A program made the translations under genes and the position numbers. From the NCBI GenBank assembly GCA_038872135.1, contig JAVZGN010000001.1:64147-128146 (forward strand): DNA of 64,000 nt, read 5' to 3'. Each line of letters opens with the position of its first letter. Position 1 is the first letter of the stretch. This document shows, in pieces, positions 47,625-56,314 of this stretch. The DNA is from Candidatus Hadarchaeales archaeon (GTDB lineage Archaea > Hadarchaeota > Hadarchaeia > Hadarchaeales > Hadarchaeaceae). The notes beneath the pieces were generated by a model, which saw only the letters and a program-made list of their open reading frames with translations, was not told the origin of the DNA and did no database searches.

Positions 47625-48869
47625 TCACCTTTTGACCAGTTCCTCCATCTCCATAAACAGCTTCTTAAGGTAGAGATATATGAGATAACCCAAGCAAATG
47701 ACTCCGAAAATAAACATCAGCGATTGCAGGGCCATTCCTCCCTCAGGCCAGAAATGCTCCATCACCGTTCCAGGCTGGACAATGTTGTATAGGCCATGAA
47801 AGAGAATCAGCCCAAAAACATTTCTCGTCCTGTAGTAGGCTATCCCCCACCACAGGGCAATCAAGAAGAGTCCTCCGAGGAAAAAGATACCAGTTGGGCC
47901 AAAGGAAAGGTACCAGAGGTGGAGGGAAGCAAAGAGCGCTGCACTGGCGGCTATTGCTTTGGTCCCTCCGAGCACAGACAGCCTCTCTATCATGAAACCC
48001 CGGAAAACTATTTCTTCTGTGAAAGCAACCGGGAAGAAGAAGGCAAAGCCAAGATAAATGAAATACCAGTCGGCCGAGGCTCCAAAGAACCCCCGCATCA
48101 TTGATTCTGGATTTGCTCCAACAAAAAGCTGCACAACGCTCCAGTAGAAGTAGATGATCACGGTGAAAATTACTGAAAGGGCGAAAACCCAGATGACGCT
48201 GTCGAGCATTTTTTCCCGCTTCACCCCGACAGATGGCCAGAACTTCCTCCCCTCAAACCTAGTTGTGTGGAGGTAGGCTATAGCAAGGGCTGTTGTGAAA
48301 GTTACAGCGTGAGAGAGGACATCGGAGATCTCTCTCCCAGTTCTCCACCGCAGAACCCACGCCGTTTCCACATTCTCCCCTGTGGCGTTGTCAACCATCA
48401 GAAGTTCATGAAAGCCATATGAAAGATTTTCAACGCTTAGGACCACCGGCACCGGTTTATTTTCTCCAGCCTTTAGAGCAACACTGAAATCAGCTCTGGC
48501 ATCGCCAAGTTTTAGGGAATACATCTTTGCCACAGAATTTTCCGAGAGGTTCGAGAAATTGACTGTAATAATTGACAGCAAATTTTCATAGATTGTCATG
48601 GGCTCGTGGTTTTCCACTATATAGATGAGAAGATTATCAATGGGAGGAGGTGCATTTTCCATTTCATAAACAGAAATGGCCTCGCTGCCGTAGGCTGATG
48701 CAACAACGCTGGCAAAAAGCATAGCGCTGAGGACGCAGATGTAAACCACTAACGGCCCAAGCCACCACGGCTCTTTTCCTAGAGCCGGTTTTTCGGTGGG
48801 TCTCGGCAACGGTTTTTTCACAGTTTTCCCGCTACTTTTGGCAGGCATTCGATTTAGATTTGGCATCAT
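47625..48869 (-). CDS. CPBP-family (CAAX protease/Abi) intramembrane metalloprotease with an N-terminal TM plus ~130-aa extracytoplasmic domain
   Basis: CPBP motifs EEIVFR (motif 1), FASLH (motif 2), HGLYN (motif 3) within a polytopic C-terminal half. Confidence 0.7.
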   Translation of the reverse strand: MMPNLNRMPAKSSGKTVKKPLPRPTEKPALGKEPWWLGPLVVYICVLSAMLFASVVASAYGSEAISVYEMENAPPPIDNLLIYIVENHEPMTIYENLLSIITVNFSNLSENSVAKMYSLKLGDARADFSVALKAGENKPVPVVLSVENLSYGFHELLMVDNATGENVETAWVLRWRTGREISDVLSHAVTFTTALAIAYLHTTRFEGRKFWPSVGVKREKMLDSVIWVFALSVIFTVIIYFYWSVVQLFVGANPESMMRGFFGASADWYFIYLGFAFFFPVAFTEEIVFRGFMIERLSVLGGTKAIAASAALFASLHLWYLSFGPTGIFFLGGLFLIALWWGIAYYRTRNVFGLILFHGLYNIVQPGTVMEHFWPEGGMALQSLMFIFGVICLGYLIYLYLKKLFMEMEELVKR

Positions 48870-48885
48870 ACCTTATAATAGACTT

Positions 48886-49908
48886 TCAAAGGGGAACTTC
48901 TTTTGCCATGGTTACGGCAAGGGTCGCCATCTTTGCATAGAAGTTGTCGTCGGCCTGCTCATAGATTACAGAGTTGGGCGAGTCCACTGCATCGTCTGCT
49001 GCTTCTTCGTTTCTCATCACAGGGAGGACGTGGGTCATTATCGCGGGTTTTGCCATGAGGTCGTCGATGTGACGCTTTTCCAGCCTCCAGTTTTTGTACT
49101 TTTGGTAAATTGCTACTTCTCTGTCAACTCCGAATTTCGATGCCCCGACCCGCAGAAACTCTGATGTCCCCCAGCTCCTGGGAAAGACGACATTTGCTCC
49201 CTTCAGCCCCTCCTCGAAGTCATTGACTATTTCAAAGCTTCCTCCAGCATCTTTAGCGTTTTTCTTTGCAGTTTCAACGATTTTCGGGTCGATGTCAAAG
49301 CCCGGTGGGTGGGCCAGCGTCACATCCATCCCAAATCTAGTTGCTATCAGGACTTCTTCCTGAATACTGCAGCGTCCGCGGGGTTTGCTGGAGTATGCCC
49401 AAGTTATTGTGTATTTTTTCCCGCTCAGATTTCCAAGCTTCTTCCTTATCGTCCAGATATCTCCAAGTCCCTGGGTGGGATGGTATGTGCAGTCGGCCAT
49501 GTTGATCACTGGTTTGTCGGAGGCTTCAGCAAACTCCTTCACCACTTTTAACCCAGCCCCATAGACATAGTCAATTGCCTTGTCGAGGATTCTCACACCT
49601 ATTCCATCGCCATAGGAGGCATACATGTGAGCGGTGTCCTTCACTGCTTCTTCCATCCTCGTCGTTGAAACATCGATGAAGGCTGGGTGTCCTCCGAGAA
49701 TCGCAGTTGCGGCCTCAAATGCTCCCCTGGTTCTGGTAGAAGGCGCGTAGAAAATCATGAAGAAATTTTTGCGGTCGAGGATCCTTGGTGGCCTATCTCC
49801 CCTTTTGACTATCTTCTGAAGTTTTTCCGCCACTTTTATCGTGTACTCCAGTTCTTCGATGCTCCAGTCCTGCGTAGTTATGAAATCTCTTCCATAGAGC
49901 TCAACCAT
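48886..49908 (-). CDS. Aspartate/ornithine carbamoyltransferase-family protein (specificity unclear)
   Basis: STRTR carbamoyl-phosphate motif and HPTQ motif; lacks the canonical OTCase HCLP motif. Confidence 0.6.
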   Translation of the reverse strand: MVELYGRDFITTQDWSIEELEYTIKVAEKLQKIVKRGDRPPRILDRKNFFMIFYAPSTRTRGAFEAATAILGGHPAFIDVSTTRMEEAVKDTAHMYASYGDGIGVRILDKAIDYVYGAGLKVVKEFAEASDKPVINMADCTYHPTQGLGDIWTIRKKLGNLSGKKYTITWAYSSKPRGRCSIQEEVLIATRFGMDVTLAHPPGFDIDPKIVETAKKNAKDAGGSFEIVNDFEEGLKGANVVFPRSWGTSEFLRVGASKFGVDREVAIYQKYKNWRLEKRHIDDLMAKPAIMTHVLPVMRNEEAADDAVDSPNSVIYEQADDNFYAKMATLAVTMAKEVPL

Positions 49909-49985
49909 CCTTTCACCAAATTTTTGCCTGCTCGGGAGTTTATAAACCCCGACTACAGGGCGCCTCGCCGTCCCTCCGACTGTTC

Positions 49986-50867
49986 ATGTATAAATCCCAG
50001 CACTTTTCAAAGGAATTGGATAGTTTGGCGAGAAATCTCCGCGAGGCCCTAGCTGGGAAGCTCTCAAATGAAGAAATTGCAATGCTGCGGGCGTTTGATC
50101 TCATCGGAGATATCGCCGTCATGAAGATTCCAGAGGCCCTCCTCCCAAAGAAGGAGGAGATAGGCAGAGCGTTGATGGAGGTTCACCCCCACGTGAAAAC
50201 CGTCCTCAACCAGACAACTCCAGTTTCCGGGCAGTTCAGAACAAGGGGGCTGGAGGTGATTGCCGGGGAACCAAAAACTCTCACAGTTTACAGGGAGAAT
50301 GGTTGTTTTTTCAAGGTTGATCTTGCAACCTCATATTTTTCCCCGCGCCTCGCCACCGAGAGAATGAGAATAGCAAAAGAAGTGAAGAGCGGCGAAGTTG
50401 TAACGAATCTATTTGCTGGTGTTGGCTGCTATTCAATAGTCATCGCAAAATGGAGTGAAGCTACAAAAATCTACTCCATTGACATAAACCCCGCAGCGTA
50501 TGAGCTCATGGTTGAAAATGTGCGCCTGAACAGGGTTGGAGATAGAGTGGTTCCAATTTTGGGCGACAGCAGAAAAATCGTGGAGGAAATGCTGGTTGGA
50601 AAAGCCGACAGGGTGCTGATGCCGCTTCCAGAGCTTGGGAGGGAGTTTTTTGGGGTGGCGCTGGATGCTCTTAAATCCAGTGGTGGCATGGTTCATTTCT
50701 ACGATTTCGGGAGCGAGCCGGATGTTTTCGGTCCCTCAGAAGAATTTGTAAGGAAAGAAGCGGCGGGGAGAGGGCTGGAGGCGACTGTCGTCAAGAGAAG
50801 AAAGGTGAGGTCCTACGCCCCAAGGTGTTATCACATAGTCCTTGATGTGATGATTGGAGGGGTTTAG
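49986..50867 (+). CDS. Trm5/Taw2-family (Met-10+) tRNA methyltransferase / wyosine-pathway aminocarboxypropyltransferase paralogue 1
   Basis: NGCFFKVDLATSYFSPRL, FAGVGCYSI, IYSIDINP class I MTase motifs. Confidence 0.75.
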   Translation: MYKSQHFSKELDSLARNLREALAGKLSNEEIAMLRAFDLIGDIAVMKIPEALLPKKEEIGRALMEVHPHVKTVLNQTTPVSGQFRTRGLEVIAGEPKTLTVYRENGCFFKVDLATSYFSPRLATERMRIAKEVKSGEVVTNLFAGVGCYSIVIAKWSEATKIYSIDINPAAYELMVENVRLNRVGDRVVPILGDSRKIVEEMLVGKADRVLMPLPELGREFFGVALDALKSSGGMVHFYDFGSEPDVFGPSEEFVRKEAAGRGLEATVVKRRKVRSYAPRCYHIVLDVMIGGV

Positions 50868-51168
50868 GATGGAAGAGAGGGCAGTGCTGCGGCGCCTCAA
50901 GAAATTTGCTCTGGCGGAGATGCGGGAGAAGGGCTGGGGGGAGGCAATAATTTACCGGGCGCCATCGTCCCTCATCATGAGGAGAGATAGAGTTCCTGGG
51001 ATGATGGTCAGAGGGAGCTCTGGCCCAAAATACTTCGTCTGCGTGAAGAAGGGAAAACTGCAGCGGCTGTACCTTTTTGGAGCTTCTGGGGAAATGCTAG
51101 GCGCGGAGGATTTAACGGAAGAGCCAGAATTCCTGCGCTCAGGCACCGCCCTTCTTAAACTTCGATGA
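50854..51168 (+). CDS. Hypothetical protein
   Basis: 104-aa ORF. Confidence 0.3.
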   Translation: MEGFRMEERAVLRRLKKFALAEMREKGWGEAIIYRAPSSLIMRRDRVPGMMVRGSSGPKYFVCVKKGKLQRLYLFGASGEMLGAEDLTEEPEFLRSGTALLKLR

Positions 51169-51342
51169 TCTGCGCTTTTCACTTATCTTTCTGGCAATTT
51201 TCCCATCCTCGATTATTAGCGCCCCCCGATAGCCGCAATTCAAACATTCATAGATGGACCAGAGCTGGGGCAATCCAGATGCCCATCTAACCCTCTCAGA
51301 GCCACAGTTTGGGCAGTACTTTCTTGGAGGAGGTTTCTTCAT
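51139..51342 (-). CDS. Small zinc-ribbon protein
   Basis: CPNCG...CLNCG, 67 aa. Confidence 0.5.
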   Translation of the reverse strand: MKKPPPRKYCPNCGSERVRWASGLPQLWSIYECLNCGYRGALIIEDGKIARKISEKRRSSKFKKGGA

Positions 51343-51998
51343 CAGATCTGTAGGAGTTCTATTTCAGGTCTTGTGTTTCCATTTATCCTTATCTCCGCGG
51401 CAAATCCCTTTGCTATCGGTCCTGGGTTTACCATCAGGGTGTTGTTGAGAACATCTATTCCTCTGGCTTCGTGGACATGACCGCATGCAACGACTGTCGG
51501 CTGTTTCGCTTCCACATACTCCCTCATGCTTTTGCTCCCAACGTGATTTCCACTGTTCACGATGTCTAGAGCTGTCCCGTATGGCGGTGTGTGGGTTGCG
51601 AGAATCCACTGCCCGGAGAGGTTACACCCAATTGCGGCCAGCTCCTCTTTGATTTCCGTCTCTGTCAGCTCAAACGGAGTTTTGAATGGGGTGATGTTAG
51701 AGCCGCCGAGCCCAACAAAGGTTATGTTGTCGAGTGACTGGCACTTCCCGTGAAGGTTAACGCCATACTTCTCAAGCAGCTGGAGTATCTGCTTGGGGTC
51801 ACAGTTGCCTGGTACGGCAAATGATGGCACTCCATGTTTCTTTACCATCTCCAGCAGGCTTTCCGCCGCTTCCAAGGGGCCGAAGTTTGTAAGATCTCCA
51901 ATCATCAGCAGACAATCATAGCCGCGCTCAAGGAATTTTGCCAAGTTTGCCTCGGCGTTGGAATTCCCGTGGAAGTCGGCGGCGACCAAAATTTTCAA
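51342..51998 (-). CDS. Metallophosphoesterase (calcineurin-like phosphoesterase)
   Basis: ILVAADFHGN, GDLTNFGP, ACGHVHE motifs. The ORF-track start (52181) runs through tRNA-Glu; start re-set to TTG at 51998 with upstream GGTGG (inferred). Confidence 0.7.
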   Translation of the reverse strand: MKILVAADFHGNSNAEANLAKFLERGYDCLLMIGDLTNFGPLEAAESLLEMVKKHGVPSFAVPGNCDPKQILQLLEKYGVNLHGKCQSLDNITFVGLGGSNITPFKTPFELTETEIKEELAAIGCNLSGQWILATHTPPYGTALDIVNSGNHVGSKSMREYVEAKQPTVVACGHVHEARGIDVLNNTLMVNPGPIAKGFAAEIRINGNTRPEIELLQI

Positions 51999-52088
51999 TC
52001 GCCCACCTAAGCGAATACTCGAGCATGGTGATAAAAATCTTTTCTTTGCGGGCAAAAGCTGGGAAAAACCCGGTTTATTTGTGAAAAA

Positions 52089-52100
52089 GAAAATAGATAA
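52089..52100 (+). promoter_or_regulatory. TATA-box-like element for tRNA-Glu
   Basis: AAAATAGATAA centred about 26 nt upstream of the tRNA 5' end. Confidence 0.35.
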
Positions 52101-52121
52101 GCGGGAGGATAATAGTCTGGT

Positions 52122-52199
52122 GCTCCGGTGGTGTAGCCCGGTCAAACATGCGAGCCTCTCGAGCTCGCGCCCCGGGTTCAAATCCCGGCCGGAGCACCA
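52122..52199 (+). tRNA. tRNA-Glu(CUC), CCA encoded
   Basis: Acceptor GCTCCGG/CCGGAGC (perfect), anticodon arm CGAGC-CUCUCGA-GCUCG, T-arm CCGGG-TTCAAAT-CCCGG. Confidence 0.8.
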
Positions 52200-52231
52200 C
52201 TTTTAAGCCTCCAAGGAGACGGTTGAGAGGG

Positions 52232-52813
52232 ATGGAGATGCTGGCAGAGATATTGAAGTGTTTTGTTTCTCTCTTTGTCATCATGGGGCCCTTTGCGAGT
52301 ATTCCGGTTTTCATCTCCGTGACAAAGACGATGAAGGAAAAGAGCATATCTGCCGCAGCCTTCCAAGCCATTGCCATTGCCGCGCTTCTCCTTTACATCT
52401 TCCTCTTTCTAGGTCCCCTGATCCTTTTGGCGTTTGGAATTTCTTTTGACTCCCTGAGAGTTGCTGGTGGAATAGTTCTCTCGATTCTGGGCGTTGAGCT
52501 GGTTCTTGGAATTTCTCTCGCAGGAAAGAGATATCGGTATTCTCCACCGATTGTTCTCATAGGCACACCACTCCTCACAGGGCCCGGGGTCATAGTCACA
52601 ACAATGCTTTTTGTTAAGATGTATGGTTTTCTCATCACTGGCATTGGAGCAGCTGGCGCTCTTTTCCTCAGCTGGCTGATCCTTTGGCTCTCCCACCATA
52701 TTTCAAAAATTCTGGGGAGGTATGGAGTGGAAATTCTTTCGAGGATCACAGGCATTTTGCTGGTGGCTGTTGCAGTTGAGTTCGCGGTGGAGGGCCTGAA
52801 GGCAATGGTTTAA
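52232..52813 (+). CDS. MarC/UPF0056 family integral membrane protein
   Basis: Start re-set to MEMLAEI just downstream of the tRNA; six hydrophobic segments typical of MarC. Confidence 0.6.
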   Translation: MEMLAEILKCFVSLFVIMGPFASIPVFISVTKTMKEKSISAAAFQAIAIAALLLYIFLFLGPLILLAFGISFDSLRVAGGIVLSILGVELVLGISLAGKRYRYSPPIVLIGTPLLTGPGVIVTTMLFVKMYGFLITGIGAAGALFLSWLILWLSHHISKILGRYGVEILSRITGILLVAVAVEFAVEGLKAMV

Positions 52814-52864
52814 GCCTCCTAAAAATCGTCATTTGCTTCTCTCTTGGGCATGGGGCAGTGAAAT

Positions 52865-54193
52865 TTAGAACATGGATAGCTCAAAGATAAGCACTCCCCA
52901 AATGACCGCAATTACCGGAAATGTGATGATAACACCATATTTCAAAAACTCTGAAAAAGAAATGGGCCTCCCCCTTTCTGCAAGGATTCTCGCCCACATG
53001 ATGCCAGCCAGAGACCCCGTGAGCATGAGGTTTCCCCCAAGGCTACTACCGGCGATCAGGGCGAGTGTGGGCCCTAGTTTTGGAAGGGCAAAGGCACCAC
53101 CGTGAATGGCCTTGACGAAGAGCAGGGACATGGGGTGATTGTTCATAAACCCGGCTGCCACTACCGATGTTAGCAGGATAAAAAGCATCGCCACCGGAAC
53201 ATTTGGTGATATTCCAGAAATAAAACTGCCAAATCTTTCCGGTATTCCTGCGGAGGAAAGCTGATCGACGATAACAAAAAGTCCAAAGAGGAAGGGGCAG
53301 ATCTTCCATGGAACCCTCGCAGAAACTTCAGTGAAGTATGGGCCGTAAACCATTATGTCGTGAATTATCATCACTAAGGCAAAGAAGAGTGCTATCATCC
53401 AGAGGGGAGCCAGGGTAATCTCATAAGGGAGGCTCATGAAAAGAATGGTCAAGCAGAGAACATTTGCTCCAAAAATTGCACTCTCCCTGTTTTTGATTGC
53501 GGCTGAGGGAGGGATCGGTGGCACTGAAAATTTTTTTGAGATTTTTTTCCTGAAAACAGCCCAGAGGATAAAAAAGCAGGCAGATCCACCAATGAAAGAC
53601 GGTAATATCATCCATTTTGCATAGTCGAGAAATGAAAGCCCATAGGCATCGGCTCCTATGATGTTCGTGGGATTTCCGATGTAAAGCCCCATTCCGACTA
53701 TGTTCACGGAGAAAAATTCCACCAAAAGAAATGGCAGTGGGTCTATCTCAGCTTTTCTGCAAACATAGATGAGAAGGAATGTTAAGGTTAGGATGACGAT
53801 GTCGTTGTCTGTGAAGAGCGTGAGAATAGAGGAGAGAAGGAATGTGTAAATAAAGAGCCTGAAGCCGGACCCCTTGCTTGCTTTCACCATCTTCAACGAG
53901 AGGTACTCGAAGAAGCCAGTGTGGTCTAGGGAGACGCAGATGTACGATAGTGAAAATATTATGATGAGAATTGAGTAGGGTCTCACGGTATCGGTGCCGG
54001 CCATCCCTTTGTAGAGGATGGAAAGATTACCTGAGGAAAGGATGAAAAGAAGGATGGCGCCGATGAGGGGAGCAACCCCATAGTCTATGTGAAAGTGTCT
54101 TGAGGTGAAAGGAATCCTGAGTGAGGGCTGTTTGAAGATCAAGAAAATCGTGAGTAGAAAAATGAAGAGGGGAAGAAGTTCCAACGAAGTCAC
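52865..54193 (-). CDS. ArsB/NhaD-superfamily anion/cation permease
   Basis: ~12 TM helices; IGNPTNII-type motif; internal duplication typical of the ArsB/NhaD fold. Confidence 0.6.
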   Translation of the reverse strand: MTSLELLPLFIFLLTIFLIFKQPSLRIPFTSRHFHIDYGVAPLIGAILLFILSSGNLSILYKGMAGTDTVRPYSILIIIFSLSYICVSLDHTGFFEYLSLKMVKASKGSGFRLFIYTFLLSSILTLFTDNDIVILTLTFLLIYVCRKAEIDPLPFLLVEFFSVNIVGMGLYIGNPTNIIGADAYGLSFLDYAKWMILPSFIGGSACFFILWAVFRKKISKKFSVPPIPPSAAIKNRESAIFGANVLCLTILFMSLPYEITLAPLWMIALFFALVMIIHDIMVYGPYFTEVSARVPWKICPFLFGLFVIVDQLSSAGIPERFGSFISGISPNVPVAMLFILLTSVVAAGFMNNHPMSLLFVKAIHGGAFALPKLGPTLALIAGSSLGGNLMLTGSLAGIMWARILAERGRPISFSEFLKYGVIITFPVIAVIWGVLIFELSMF

Positions 54194-54205
54194 CGGCTGG
54201 AATTT

Positions 54206-54607
54206 TCATCGGGGCTCTTGGGGCTTTCTGACGAGAATAACGGTACAGGGAGCATTTCTCACCAAATAGTCCGTTACCGATTCTGAGAGGTAGCCAACCA
54301 AGCCCTTTCTTGGGATGGTGCCGCTGATGATCACATCGCACATATTTTTTTTGGCGAAAGTTACGATGGCTTTTTTTGGATCCACCGATTCCACTAGTTC
54401 AAGCTTGGCGTTTATGTGATTTTTTTTCAGAAATTTTAGAAATGGTGAGAATAGCTCTTCGGATTTCTTCCGCGCGAATTCATTGAGAACCCTTACAACA
54501 TGGAGGAGATAAACCTCCGTCTTTTTTGTGGAGAGTTTGCTTGCAATCTTTATCACTTCACTTGAGGTGGCCTCGGTGACGCAAACAACCATTTTCTTGA
54601 ACATCAA
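54206..54607 (-). CDS. Universal stress protein (UspA family)
   Basis: MVVCVTEATSS...LLHVV...DVIISGTIPRKG...GSVTDYLVRNAPCTVILVR. Confidence 0.75.
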   Translation of the reverse strand: MMFKKMVVCVTEATSSEVIKIASKLSTKKTEVYLLHVVRVLNEFARKKSEELFSPFLKFLKKNHINAKLELVESVDPKKAIVTFAKKNMCDVIISGTIPRKGLVGYLSESVTDYLVRNAPCTVILVRKPQEPR

Positions 54608-54650
54608 TGAAATGATTTCAGTTGGGGTAAAAAGATTTCTGAGTTGAAGA

Positions 54651-54658
54651 TTAATAAT
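54651..54658 (+). promoter_or_regulatory. TATA-box-like element for tRNA-Leu
   Basis: TTAATAAT centred about 24 nt upstream of the tRNA 5' end; purine-rich stretch upstream. Confidence 0.4.
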
Positions 54659-54677
54659 CAGATTTCAAAGTTTTATT

Positions 54678-54764
54678 GCGGGGGTGCCTGAGCATGGCCT
54701 AAAGGGCAGGACTTAAGATCCTGTGCCCCAAGGGGCTTCGCAGGTTCGAATCCTGCCCCCCGCA
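54678..54764 (+). tRNA. tRNA-Leu(UAA), class II with long variable arm
   Basis: Acceptor GCGGGGG/CCCCCGC, anticodon arm CAGGA-CUUAAGA-UCCUG, variable arm GCCCC-AA-GGGGC, T-arm GCAGG-TTCGAAT-CCTGC. Confidence 0.8.
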
Positions 54765-54791
54765 CCTGTAGAATGAATGGACAGCTTTAAC

Positions 54792-55367
54792 CTATTTTGA
54801 AACGTAGGAGTTTCCAGCCACAAAGAATCTTAGTTTCCTTTTCAAATCCTCTTTCACTCCAATTCTGTGAGAGGAGGAGATAGAAAATTTTTTCCAGAAG
54901 CCTGGCACAACCCTGAGAGGCGCATCTGGAGCCGTCAAATCACTTCCATGGAGCTCCTTTGTTATCCCCATGGCTTCTGTGAGCCTTCCTGGTCCAGATG
55001 TGAGCAGAAGCTCGTCGCCGACTCCTCTCCTCTTCTTCATCAGTTCTATTCCTTCAGAAGGCTCCAGAGCTCTAATGAGAACCCCGCCAGGAACCCCCCT
55101 CTTCTCCGCGGTGATGTTGAACATCCACTTTCCATGAACCATATATATGAAGGCAAGCCCGCCCCGGTCCCACATCAGCTCATTTAACGGTGTTTTCTTT
55201 CTGCTGGCTCTCGAGGCCGGATCACCTTTTCCAAAGTATGCTTCAGTTTCCACGATGATCCCGCTGGTTCTTCCTTCTTTGGAGTCGTGGACGAGAACTT
55301 TTCCCAGAAGTTCCCTTGCAACCTTCGCCGGAGATCTCTCAAAGAATCTCCTAGGAAGAGGCTTCAT
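54792..55367 (-). CDS. mpg: DNA-3-methyladenine glycosylase (Mpg/AAG family)
   Basis: GIIVETEAYFG...DPASRA...GLAFIYMVHG, characteristic Mpg N-terminus. Confidence 0.85.
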   Translation of the reverse strand: MKPLPRRFFERSPAKVARELLGKVLVHDSKEGRTSGIIVETEAYFGKGDPASRASRKKTPLNELMWDRGGLAFIYMVHGKWMFNITAEKRGVPGGVLIRALEPSEGIELMKKRRGVGDELLLTSGPGRLTEAMGITKELHGSDLTAPDAPLRVVPGFWKKFSISSSHRIGVKEDLKRKLRFFVAGNSYVSK

Positions 55368-55429
55368 CAGAAATTCATGAACAGGAAAATTAAAAAGAGC
55401 GCCGCTGGAAGTGATAGTGGAGGTGGAAG

Positions 55430-56095
55430 ATGAAACTTGATCCAGCGGTCAGGGAAAAATATCCGGATTTTCTAGCGGGATATCTCATGGTCAGTGGGGT
55501 GACGGTTGAGCAGACAGTCGAGGGCCTGGTGGAAAGGAAGCGGGCGGTTTTCAGTGATTTGAAGACGAAGTTCGGCGGGCTTCCAATAACGGAGATTCCC
55601 GAGTTGAAGTACTACAGAAACTTCTTCAAGCTGATGGGGGCGGATCCCTCGAGCTACCGCCCGGCCCCCGAGTATCTCCTGCGGAGGGTCCTGGACGACA
55701 GATTTCCGGCGATAAACAATGTCGTCGACTCATGCTTGCTTGCCTCTGTGGAGCACTTCATCTCTGGCGGAGTCTACGATGTGCTGAAGATGAAGGGGGA
55801 GCCGATAACCACTTTGGCCACAGGAGAGGAAGGGCCATTCGAACTCATAGACGGGAGAAAGCTGCCGCCAAAGCCGGGTGAGATAGTTCTGAAGGACGCT
55901 CAAAGAATCATCTCCGCGTACACTATAGGGGACTCAAAATATGCAAAGATAACATTCGAGACATCAGGAGTTTTGGTGGTGTTGTGGAATGCTCCAGGCA
56001 TACCCCGGTCCAATGTTGAGGCGGCGATATCTTCTCTGAGCACCTACTTCAAAAAATACTGCGGCGGGCACGTCGATAAAACCGAGATTCTCTAG
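55430..56095 (+). CDS. B3/4-domain protein (PheT B3/B4-like tRNA-binding domain)
   Basis: Overall B3/4 domain pattern (PAINNVVDSCLLASVEH...GGVYD). Confidence 0.45.
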   Translation: MKLDPAVREKYPDFLAGYLMVSGVTVEQTVEGLVERKRAVFSDLKTKFGGLPITEIPELKYYRNFFKLMGADPSSYRPAPEYLLRRVLDDRFPAINNVVDSCLLASVEHFISGGVYDVLKMKGEPITTLATGEEGPFELIDGRKLPPKPGEIVLKDAQRIISAYTIGDSKYAKITFETSGVLVVLWNAPGIPRSNVEAAISSLSTYFKKYCGGHVDKTEIL

Positions 56096-56104
56096 GGCAG
56101 GAAA

Positions 56105-56314
56105 ATGCACCCGTTTACGTGGATTGGGCTGGCGCTGATAATGTTAGGGGTGGCGTTTGTGATACTTCCAATTATTGGAAAATACATAGATGTTTCAAAC
56201 ATTCCTCCCTGGCTGATATACATCTATAGAAGTGACGGATTTTATTTTGTGACGTCACCGCTTCTTCTCCTGATCTCGCTAATTTCTATATTGCTCTATT
56301 TCTTCCTCAAGTGA
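56105..56314 (+). CDS. Small membrane protein (2 TM)
   Basis: 69-aa ORF with two hydrophobic helices; 4-nt overlap with pabB. Confidence 0.35.
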   Translation: MHPFTWIGLALIMLGVAFVILPIIGKYIDVSNIPPWLIYIYRSDGFYFVTSPLLLLISLISILLYFFLK

